Shown here piece by piece: positions 50,751 to 62,044 of a stretch of DNA of 64,000 nt. Each line of letters starts with the position of its first letter. Position 1 is the first letter of the stretch. Source of the DNA: Neovahlkampfia damariscottae (taxonomy: Eukaryota); the NCBI GenBank assembly GCA_016618085.1, contig JABLTG010000022.1, forward strand, positions 1-64,000, read 5' to 3'. The notes below the pieces were generated by a model. It saw only the letters and a program-made list of their open reading frames with translations. It searched no databases and was not told the DNA's origin. The position numbers and the translations under genes are program-made.

Positions 50751-51545
50751 ATGTCTTTTGTTAAAAGTTTTCCGAACCCACCTGAATTTTATAAAAACTA
50801 TGGTGATGATAAAATGGATCATCCTTTACCTCCACCTCCAATAGAAGGTGATTATAAAGTAACAACAAAAAGACAAACTAAAATCCAAAGGTTTTTGGTG
50901 AAACCATACCAGTAAGTCACATTCAAAGAATCTTAACAAATAAAAGAGCAATGATATTCTAAGAAGACCTTCTGAAGATAACATAAAAGAGTTATTTCCA
51001 GAGAATTTTGGTAAAAATCAAATTTAAATTTAAAAAAAAAAACAGAGCATGTAAGTGAATTGAAGAAATTGAATCAATCTCTGAAACTTTCTTTCATTGA
51101 ATTGATTGAAATATTGATCAATTATCCAAATGAAAAAATTAAAGAAACAAGAGAATTATCCATTTATATAAACCCTGAAGAAGAAGAAAAAGAAAAATTT
51201 GCTTGGGAATTAAAAATAGAACAAATTCATCTTTTACTTATAAATTTATCATATATTTTGAATACATATCGTCCACATCAAAGTCGTCACCAAATTATTG
51301 AAATTTTAAAAAATCAACTGAAAAAGCGAATAGACACAATCAAAGAATTGAATGATACTTACAACATAAACTTAGATATTCTTTCTAAAATTAATTTTGA
51401 CTTTGAAAGTTCAAAAAGAAAAAGAGAAGATGAACAAAAGGAGGAAGAAAAAAATGAACAAAAAGTTATGAAAACCACAGTTTCAAATGAAATCAATGTT
51501 AAAGAATATACTGCTTTATTTAAAGCTGCCAAAAAAAAATGGTAA
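50751..51545 (+). CDS. MED7: Mediator subunit 7, multi-exon
   Basis: SFPNPPEFYKNY, PPPPIEGDYK|VFGE, LKKLNQSL, ILNTYRPHQSR. Confidence 0.88.
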
Positions 51546-51559
51546 AAAAATAAACTTTT

Positions 51560-52242
51560 TTATTTTAAAATTTGATTTGATTCCATTTCTGCAACTTTTT
51601 GTACAACCTCTTTTACATTTTGAATTACACCAGGTGCAATTTGTGTAGCAACATAATTAATGACCCATGATGGAAAATAACCACCTAAATCACCTCGAGT
51701 GACATATGTTAATTCAGTTCCTTTCTCGTGTTTTTTCATGTAGTAACCATTGATATAGGTGAAAGCTCTGACATGACCTGATCGAGTTGGCATCTTTTCA
51801 TGTTCTATACTTTTAAACAATACAATACATTCGTCTTCTTTTTTTCTTATTGATCTTCTTGTTACAAAATCTCGATGAGAAACTAAAAGAAATGGTGATT
51901 TCATAGCGCCTGTTTTAAATTTTTTAATAAAAAACTTTTTTTTAATTTACAATAATGTACAAGATTGTTCTCATCAATTTCTTCCAAAACTTGATCGTCT
52001 TCGACAACTTTAGTGAATAATTCTTCATATTTTGGGTCATATATGATTTCTAATAACTTTAATGGAGAAACTCCTTCCACTAAAGATGAAACACGTACAG
52101 AGTTCAAAGAAGAAGATTTATATTTTTTTCTTTCTACAACAGTGATTTTATCATTGTAAGCTTCTTTCCAATCATTGGATGTAGCAACTGCTTCCTCAAC
52201 AAATTCTTGATACTCTTCGTGTGTTGCAGGTTTAATAGACAT
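51560..52242 (-). CDS. START-domain lipid-transfer protein (PCTP/STARD10-like)
   Basis: KSPFLLVSHRDFV, GHVRA, GTELTYVTRGDLGGYFPSWVIN; one short intron. Confidence 0.85.
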
Positions 52243-52370
52243 TCAGGATGTTTCTGAAAAGTTTTCCGTTCTGAAAATGATTTGAGGTTTTGATTGGATT
52301 ATAACGTCCAATCACGGACTTTTCACATGGAGAATTAATTGCCAATCACAAAACATTTCCAAATTTGGAT

Positions 52371-53179
52371 TTAGAACGAACTCAAATAATTTATTAAAAT
52401 TGAAGCAGCTGATGAAACATTCAATGATTCGATATTGTGAATCGGAATTGAAAGCGAAACTATATTTTCAGAGGTCAAATTTGAACCTCTGGATTCATTT
52501 CCCATTATCAAACAAAAACCGTCATGCTTTTCCAATAATTCCTTGATCTCCTTTGAATTTTTATGTATGTCATATTCATAATTCTTTGTTTTAGCCAAAA
52601 ACCCAATGAGATTGTGCTTCTCCAAAATTTCTTTAGCTTCTTCTACACTTCCATAACCTAAAGTCTTAAAAATTATATTTACATACTTGAATCCAATAAC
52701 ATAGAAGTGCCTTGAGATGATCTAATACATTTTTCATTCAATGCATTAACCGTATTATCAATTAAAAAAATAAAATCAAAATTAAAAGCTGAAGCTGTTC
52801 TAAAAATAGTTCCTAAGTTACCAGGATTCTGTATTTTATCAATAATTAACATTTTTTTAATTTTTTTTTTGTTTTCATTTTTTTTTTCAAGTTGAAATTC
52901 ACCTATGAAACCATCTGAATTTTTTAGTCCAGAGATTTTGTTCAAAATTTTTTGTTTTGTGAAATATATTTCACAATTTAGTTTTTTTAATTCTTTTGGA
53001 ATATTATTTTCAAATGAAGAATCGAGAATTAATTTAGTTGGTGTAAGGACTTTTGTTAAATCGAAAATTAATTTTCTTCCAAGTACAAGAGCCGTATTAT
53101 TGGCATTTTCTTTTCTAAGTTTTGTTAATTGTTTGACAACTAAGTTTGATGAACTCTCCAGAAAATATTTTGACCTCAT
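52371..53179 (-). CDS. SpoU/TrmH-family RNA methyltransferase
   Basis: DKIQNPGNLGTIFRTA, LIMGNESRG, ESLNVSSAASI. Confidence 0.88.
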
Positions 53180-53242
53180 AAAAATGCACAGTTTTTTATC
53201 AGTAAAAGAAAATTGACCAATTAAATGTTAACAATATAATGT

Positions 53243-55916
53243 TTAATCTTCATCAAAATCTAATTTCCTTTTTTTTTTATCCTTTGAATATAGATGATTT
53301 GATGACAACAAACCAAAAAAATTATCACAAATTTCATCAATTTCAAAACTATCTTTCAAATGAGCAATCAAACAATCTTTAATTTGAGAATAAAAATGAT
53401 ATTGAATTGAGAAATTAGAAATCTCAAATAAATTTGAGTGATCAATTTTTGTTTGCAATCTTGTAATCAATTCTTGTTTCAATTTTGTTTCAAGATATTT
53501 ATCTGACAGTTTTATCAATTTCTTGATTTTTTTGTAATCAAATTCATCCATATTTTTCAATTGTTTGAAGTAAATGAACTTCAACAGTAATTTGAAATTG
53601 TCAAAAAAATCAAACATTTTTTCTTCCTCTTCTCGATCAAATTTCATTTGTAGAATTTGCGCGCCATTTTTTTCTTCTTCATTTTGATCGAATTTTTCAT
53701 TGAATTGACTCATATTCAAGTATGCATTGTCACCATTCTGTTTCAAAAAATTGAACTGAGCACTGAAATAATCAGAATTTATCATCAATATTGACTGATG
53801 TGCTTTTATAAATTTGTTATTGTTAAAGATAAAAATCAAATCAAAGTCAGTTTTTTTATCCCATAACTCAAATATCTTCTTCTTTAGAAAATCATAATCA
53901 TTCTTTTTATCCATCAAATAATTCTGCTGATTTTTAAATTTTTTGATTTTTGAAGAATAACTATCAGTTTGATGTCGATTATTTATTTCTGAAAAACAAT
54001 TAATAATCAAAGAAGATTCGAAAATATCTTTCTCCAATAGAAAATCTAAGACTTCTGTGGGTGTTTGTCGAAACGTATTCAAGTTCAAAACACAAAATTC
54101 TTTCAATTGGTTAAAATTCAAAGTATCAGCCAATTCAAATATTGATTTCAACTCTTTCACTGATTTAAACATTAAATCATCATCTCTTCCTTCTGAATAC
54201 AGAAATAGCAACAAAAAATTCCAAATATTTGTATCATACTTATCAGCAAGATTCATCATTTCATTGATGTCTAAAACTGATAATATACACTTTTGAAGAT
54301 GTATTGTATGTCCATTTGTAATGAATTCAATATCTGATGCATTTTTTTTGTCAATCAAGTTTTTGAAACTCTGATCTTCCATAGTATCTCTGACTCTGAT
54401 TTTTGAAACACCTGGATTCTTATATCCAGTAAATACCTTTTGATTCAATGAATAAAACAACTTACTGAATATCCTCCAAATCGGAATAATGACCCATTGT
54501 AGTAGACCAATGAAGAATTTTGAACTCTTGGTAAAACATGAGCAATCTTTCTCCAGTAATTTGTTTTTAAATCTAATTCAAAAACAGTATCTAACTCATT
54601 ATAAACTTCACTATCATCAGTCAATCCTCCATGAATATACATTTTGTCACCATGAACTACAGAAGAATGACAGTGTATTTTTGGTGGTATTTCACCAAAA
54701 GCCACTATTTCTTGGATTTTATAGTTTTGAAGATTCAGATAATAAACTCTATTTGAACAAAATAATGATCTTCCTCCAAAAATTACTGAATAATTCTGCC
54801 AAATTGATGCTGAATGACCACTCAAAAATGGAAAATCAGGATTGTCAATACTGTAAAACTTATTTTCATCTAAATTGAATTCTTCAAGTAATGTAGTGCG
54901 AATAAATCGTTCACCAAACACAAAAATAGAATTTCCATACGAAAACATAGCAAAATTAGGTCCAGGTTCAAATTCAAATGTGGATTCTAATTAAAGATAT
55001 TAATCGTAATTAAATTACTTTCTACTTTGTATTTACACTCAATTTTGACTAAATTTTCTGTATCAGGCATGATTACCTTTTCTTGAATTTCTTTAGTTTT
55101 TGCATTTATGAATACTCGTTTCTTTGAATCAAAGTCAAAAACAGTATTAGTCAAAAAATCAATTTTTTGAATATAACAAAGAGGTAAATCGATGCTTACA
55201 ATAAAAAGTTCATTTCCATGAAGAACAACTTTAAAAGTGGATAATGTTGGTATATCATTCTTTGACCAATTATGGGTCTCTAAATTAAAAAAATGCGTTC
55301 CATATGGATGAACCCAATATTTTTGATTGTAAATACCACTTGAACTTTGATTTCTCAGAAGATCAGTTGGTGCATCTCCAATTGTAGGAATTTGAAAATC
55401 TTCCTTCTTTGAATCTTCTTTAAAAAATAGTTTTGTTAATTGACTCACTGCCTCTTTTCTTGAAATATTTGATGGTGATAAACCTTTGGAGTATAATAAA
55501 TCATTTAAAGTTTCTGTTGTTGCACTATTCAAATCATAAATTTTTGAAATTGTTTCAAGTGGAACTTTGGATATTTTATTCAATTTGATTGCATTCCTCA
55601 ATGCTTCATGAAAATTTTGTAAACTGATATTTGATAATAACTCGTAGTTCAAAGTTTCTTCTTGTATTTTCTTGTCAATAGGATTTGGTATAATTTGTTG
55701 TGAATAAAAAATTGTTTCTTGATAATTTTCCAATGTAAACTCACAAAAGCATAGTTTTCCATTCAAGAAATTTAGTAGTCTTGTGTTTTTTTGAACTTTA
55801 TTTTCTTCATTCAAAATTTCTAAATAGATTTTTTTTGCTGGAAGAAGTTTGTTTATTTTCACATATTCTTCTGCTTCTCGAATTTTTTCTTTGTAAAAGT
55901 GCTCTTTTGAAATCAT
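53243..55916 (-). CDS. TPR-like plus Kelch-repeat plus tandem BTB protein, multi-exon
   Basis: Kelch GHSA/IFGG, HSSVVHGDKMYIHGG; BTB SDIEF..IHLQKCIL and DFDL..IKAHQSILMINSDYF. Confidence 0.8.
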
Positions 55917-55951
55917 AAAAGTGAAATAATTTTATTGGTCAATTTTATTTT

Positions 55952-56930
55952 TTAAATTCCTGATTTCCACGTTTCGTTGTGAACATTTTTTAAAATTTTC
56001 AGAATTTCTTCCAAATGATCTTCATCTAATTCTTCATTTAACCATTTTATTGATTGTTCAACTTCTTGTTGTGAAGAGAATCCAATCAATGTTGTTTTTG
56101 AAAAATCATTGAATTTCAAACTGTATTGAATTGCAATTTTTGAAATATTCAAATCATTTTTTTTACAATATTCATTGACTCTTTCACATGATTCTTTGAT
56201 TTCTTTGGATGCAGGATGCCATTCTGGTGGTCCAATATCTGTTAATAATCTCATTGACAATGGAGAAGCAGACATTAAAGTAACATTAAATTTTTTAAAC
56301 TTTTCTGAATATTCTTGAAGTAAATTATTTTGTAATGTGAAGTGACAGTACGATAATACCAAATCAATCTTTTTTTCAGTCTTGTTTACTTTTTCAACAA
56401 TTGATAACAATTTATCCAAAGGATAACCACTAAAAAAAAAAAACACTTTTAAATCGTTTTAATTACCTGATACCAACATTGTTGATTGTTCCTTTTTCTT
56501 TGTAGCTCAAAAGTGTTGGAATTGATTCTTCAATGATCAATTTTTCATCACCAAATTCAACATCATGTAAAATTAAGATATCCAAATAATCAGTTTGTAA
56601 TCTGTTCAAACTTTCTTGAATTGATTTTTCAATTCTTTTTTTTGAAAAATCAAACTCTGAAACATCATAACGACCTGTTTTTGTACAAATAAAATAATCA
56701 CTTCTATTTAAATGTAATTCTTTTGAAGCTTGTTGTAAGGCATCTCCAAGAGCTTGTTCAGATTTTTTACGTCCGTAATATGGTGAAGTGTCAAATAAAG
56801 TAATTCCTAATTCTAAAGCTCTTTTAACAGCTTCTACACCTTCTTTTTTGTCAACTTGTCCATATTCATCTCCTAAAGTTGCTGCTCCAAAAGATATTTT
56901 CGGAATTTTGTAGTTTTTTATGTTATTCAT
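55952..56930 (-). CDS. Aldo-keto reductase (L-galactose dehydrogenase-like)
   Basis: GITLFDTSPYYG, TKTGRY, SLNRLQTDYLD, HDVEF, spliced GISGYPL, GPPEWHPA. Confidence 0.88.
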
Positions 56931-56964
56931 TTCCTTTTGTTTTCGTTGTCCAATAAAATCTCAA

Positions 56965-57499
56965 ATGTCCAACGGAAATAATGAAGGAAGGTATGTGGTG
57001 AACAGTGGAACTATAATTCATGGAATGTTACTCTATATGATTGTAATGGGTGGTTTAAAGCTTGCAATGCCATCAGTTTATTCTCATTACGTTTATCACA
57101 AAATGGAAGATTTCAATTCTATTCGTATTCTAGGTGGATGCATGTTATCGATTGCATGGATTACATGGCCATTTCGTTTAATTGGGTTTTTTAATTTATT
57201 TTATTTTTTTAACACCACAAAGAGATCCAACTTGGGTTAGAAGAATAATGAGGTAAAATAACATTAATGAACCATAATTTAGAGGTAAAAAAAAGTTTTT
57301 TTATTTTTAAATGATATCAAAGGATACTGTAGAATACTGTATTTTGGTCTAATTCTTTTTAGTTTTGTATTTTTTAGTTGAATGTTTGGTTTCGTTTTAT
57401 TCGGAGAATCTAACACCTTTTGGAACTATTGTAAATCAAATTTTGACATTTCTTGGAAGTTTAATATCATTTTGGATTGGTTTTGTTATCGCTTATTGA
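56965..57499 (+). CDS. Small multipass membrane protein (possibly TP53I11-like), multi-exon
   Basis: Hydrophobic exons; IRILGGCMLSIAWITW resembles the TP53I11 family motif as recalled. Confidence 0.5.
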
Positions 57500-57574
57500 G
57501 ATAAATAAAAATTGTTTTATTTTTAGATTTTTTCCACCAATTATTTTTTCAAACCATCAATAAGGCCACAGAAA

Positions 57575-60161
57575 ATGAACGTAAGAACAATTCAAATTTA
57601 AAAAAAAATAAAAACAAGGATACAATTGAAAAAATCAAAAAAGAATACAAAAAATTAATCAAAGAACAAACAGAAGAAGAATTTGGTTATTTATATGTGG
57701 ATCCAGAAGATGAAGATGATTTACCTTGGATGGAAGAATTTTATTTCAATGAAAAAACATTTGAATTTAGATTTAATTATGACTTAACTTTTGAATTTGA
57801 CTACGATGAGTGTATCATTAAAATACCAAAAGACTATCCAAAAGGAGAATATATGATAAAAAGAAAAAGAGACGGAAAATTTAATCAACTCTTAAACAGA
57901 GGTGATACATTTTATGATACTCTCAAAAACGTTTTTGATGATTTTTATGAAATTAGAATGGTAAACTCCATTAAGAAAAATTTTGTTAAATCTAAAAATA
58001 GAATGGTTTGGATTCAACTAAATTTCCTGATGGAAATATTAATTATGATGAAGATTTAGATGATTTGGATGAAGAAGAGATTGTTGAATTTTCTGGTGAC
58101 GATTTTATAAAACAAACATTTTTGGATGAGTATGATGATTGGTTAGAAAATTGTCCAACCAGCAGAAGAAAACTCAAAGGGGTATCATTAGGACCACCTG
58201 TAATTAAAATTAAAGAAATTGAAACCCAAATGAAACTTATTACTTTTCAAATACCTGGAAAAGGTTCAAAAGATTTTTTAGAATTCTCTTTGTATTATGC
58301 TGATTATTTGGAAGAATTTGGTGATCATAGATTATTAATCACAAAATATGATGAAGATTTAAAAGGATTTATTTCAATTATTGTCTCATTTTTGAAAAAT
58401 TATGATGCAACTGAAAAAAAATTAACCATCAAAGAAATTTTAAAAAAGTGCTCGGAAATTTATCAAGAAGCGAAAAAAAGGTCAATTAAAGATGGTATGA
58501 AGAAAATCTGGTATGATAGAGCAGCAGATGAAATTATGGAAACTGAATTATTATACAAACAATTGTGGGCTCCTATTTTAAAAAATTTCATTTCAGAAGA
58601 AGAATTAAGGTAACCAATGAAATGATCAAGAATTAAAAAAATTTAATAGTACATGCTATGACGCAAAAAAGAACATTTTAAAACAACTCAAAAAAATGAA
58701 AGATATGGATTGTAAATCAGAAGGATTTAAAGTTTCTCCTTTTGGAAAAAACATTTTCTTATGGAGAGTCGATTTATTTGGCTTCCAAAAAGAATACTCA
58801 ACCCTTCAAAAAGATTTAGAAACTTATGCAAATATCTATGGAGCAACTGAAAATATCACTGTTGAAATTTATTTCACTTCGAAATATCCAAAAGAACCTC
58901 CATTTGTTAGAGTTTTAAAGCCAAGATTAGTTTATTTAACTGGAAATGTTACTTTTGGAGGTACTTTTATCGAAGTACCTGCTTTAGGTGTGACATATTC
59001 AGAACATGTAGATTTAATTAGTATTATTCGATCTATGAGACAAACTTTGATCAATGGAGGAGCTAGAGTTGATATGACTGTTTCACAAGCATATGAGAAG
59101 AATACTGCACTTAGAGCGTATATGAGGGAAAGAAGAAATGTCATCAATGGAGTAGGTAACTTTGACAAACAAATGTCTGTCATTTCAATTAATAATGCAA
59201 GAAATTCCTATGGATGTAATGTTTTTATAATTCTTATAATTAAGATTCTTTTATTGAACCAATGCATAATATTGAAAATGCAAATAATATCTGCTTACCT
59301 CAATCATTAAGAGATAAATTAAAATATGGAACATCAGCTGGAAAAGTTATTTTGGAATTAAAGACAAGTGATGGAAAATTGTTTCATTGTGGTGTTTTAG
59401 ATTACACAGCAAAAAATAATGAAATTATTGTTCCTAATTGGATGATGAAACATTTAATGTTACAAGAACATTCATATATTCAAGTTAGAACTGTAAAATT
59501 ACCAGATTGTGAATCCATTGTGTTTCAACCACATTCTGATGATGTTTATCAATCAGGGAATATTAGTCTTTCAATAGAGCAGAAACTTTGTCATTTTATT
59601 GCAATAACAGAAGGTTCAACAATTCCCTTTGTTGATGATTTTACTGGAAAAGAATTTTTATTGACTGTAACTCAAACAGAACCTTCTTCAGGCGTTTGTT
59701 TGTTCAAAGGTCTTGGAGTTGTAATGGAATTAGCATTATCATTTGCACCATCATTAGATTCAAAGGATAATGTTGTGATTGTTGATAAACCTGATGACGA
59801 ATTTGTATCTGAAAGCAATCTTGTTGATGATGATGATTGGGTTGAACCTGATGATGAGGTTATTGAAGAACCTGAAAATACGTCAGGAGCATTGATCGGA
59901 AGAAGAAGTGATGAAGAAACCAAAAGTTCAAATACCACAGGTTCATTGTTCGGGAAAAGACTTGATACTGTCACAAAAATTGAAAAAAAAGAAACAACGA
60001 AAGATTCTGGCACTTCCACTGGAGGAAGAAGTTTGAGTGGTACCACAGACAAAGTTGTTGATGAGAATAGCATTAAATGTGAAATTTGCAATTCTGTGGT
60101 CACTAAGAATATGTTTGATATTCATACAGTTCATTGTAAAAGAAGACATGGTGTCAAATAA
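57575..60161 (+). CDS. Fusion of a UBE2Q-like E2 fold, a UFD1-like domain and a C-terminal zinc finger, multi-exon
   Basis: NIFLWRVDL..FTSKYPKEPPFVRVLKP (UBC); NICLPQS..HCGVLDYTA..VPNWMM..FQP (UFD1); CEIC..FDIHTVHC. Confidence 0.8.
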
Positions 60162-60209
60162 ATTTTAAATATGTTTTTATGAGAAATTGTGAAATTTTAT
60201 TTTGAAATT

Positions 60210-60281
60210 TTTATTTAGTTTCTTCAAACAATAACCGATCCTCTTGATTTTTAGTTATCATCTTCATTAGAGTTAAATAAA
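60210..60281 (-). promoter_or_regulatory. SECIS element (form 2) in the thioredoxin reductase 3' UTR
   Basis: Minus strand AUGAA-GAUGAUAACU-AAAA-AUCAAGAGGAU-C-GGUUAUUGUU-UGAA: UGA/GA core, 10-bp helix II, unpaired AAA, apical mini-stem; helix I UUAUUUA/UAAAUAA. Confidence 0.88.
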
Positions 60282-60309
60282 TTTTTCAAAGATTTCAATC
60301 TGTCATAAA

Positions 60310-61978
60310 TTAACCTCAGCAATTTCCTTTGTCAAAAGGTTCATTTGATGATTTAGTAATTCTGTTTATTGTCATTTCTTCTCCTATTGTTGGATGAATA
60401 CCAATGGTACTGTCAAAATCTTCTTTTTTCGCTCCCATGTTCATAGCAACAGATACTCCCTGCAATATTTCTCCTGCATTTGGTGACAATAAATGAAATC
60501 CAATAACCCTTTCTCCATCTAATTTATTACAAATCATTTTCAAAAAGCATTTATTTTCACCAGAAAAGTTTAATTTCCACTCCAAAGGAGTAAATTTCAA
60601 ATGATAAATTTCAATATTTTCCTCACCAAATTTTTCAATTGCTGATTCTTCTGTATATCCACAAGTTCCATATCTAATAAAATACATTAATTTAATTAAT
60701 AGCATTACTCCAAAGGAGATGTGAAAATGGTTGTTGGAACAAAACTATAATGATCCAATTTTTCATTTTCAAACAAATATTTTGCAACTTTTCTTCCTTG
60801 AAAAATGGCCACTGGAGTCAATTCCAAAGATCCGGAAACGATATCCCCAATGGCAAATATATTTTTAATTGATGTTTCATTATTTTCATTCACTAATATT
60901 TTCTCATTTCCATCCAATTTCATACCAATCTCCTTTAAATTCAATTCACTTGAAACTACCCTTCTACCAATGGCAAACATTACTGTGTTCACATTTAACT
61001 CTTTATTATCTTCAAAAATAACTTTATATTCATCTTCTGATACCCTTTTGATTTCTGTTAATTTTACATTTTCCAAAAATTTAGTTCCAGATTCTTGAAT
61101 TGAATTTTTAATTTTCAAAGCACATTCTTGATCAAACCCTCTTAAAGGAATAGAACGAAGTAATACAGATGTATCATATCCTAATGATCTTAAAAAACTG
61201 GCTGTTTCTAATGCAATATCTGTAAAAAATTTAGTCAACAAATTGATTAAAACATGATCCTCCAATGATTAATCTAAATAATTTAGTCAATTATTAAAAC
61301 AAAATAAAAACGTTTTTTCTTGAATTTTATTGTTAATTTCATGTTTATTTTCTTACTTGGTTCTTTTTTCAAGGAAAATAAATCATCAGAAGTTATTGCA
61401 TGATCAATGGCTCCAGGAATATTTTCTGGATATTTTGGTCTTCCACCTGTAGCTATCACAAAATAAGTTGCTTTCAATAATTTTTTTTCATTTTTTTCTT
61501 CAATTTCTATAGTTTCTGAATTGATGAATTTTGCAAAGGCATTTTTAAAAGTTATGTTATTTTTTTTGAAATCAGAACGAGTTCCAAATTGAATAGATTT
61601 TATATAACTTGATATATTACTTGTCAAAGTATTCCAATTTACGCCTGGTTTTGTTTTAAAATTGAAACCAAATCCATTTGAATATTCCGAGACTGTTTCG
61701 TTTATGATACCTGCTTGGTGCATAAGTTTTTTTGGAATGCAACCAACATTCACACAAGTTCCTCCTAAATTCCATTTTGTTCCTTTTGGTGTCGGTTTGA
61801 CGTAATCTAAAACGCAAATTTTTAAATTTGGATTTATTTTAGAAGCTCTTGTTGAAACAGAAGTTCCTCCACTACCAGCTCCTATAACAATCAAATCAAA
61901 GTGTTCTGTTTTTTCTGTTGAAAAATTTCTCTTTCTCAACAGAAACGTTTTAGTTCGTTTTGACAAAAACAGTTTCAT
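60310..61978 (-). CDS. TXNRD: Selenoprotein thioredoxin reductase (large type), probably mitochondrial
   Basis: GAGSGG FAD site, GGTCVNVGCIPKK, GIHPTIGE; 3' end GGA AAT TGC TGA GGT TAA = GNC-Sec-G-stop; basic leader MKLFLSKRTKTFLLRKRNFS. Confidence 0.93.
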
Positions 61979-62044
61979 TGGATGATAAAAGTCTTCAATT
62001 GGTTGGAACAAATAAAAAGAAGATCAAACTCTTTCAAGAATTAT

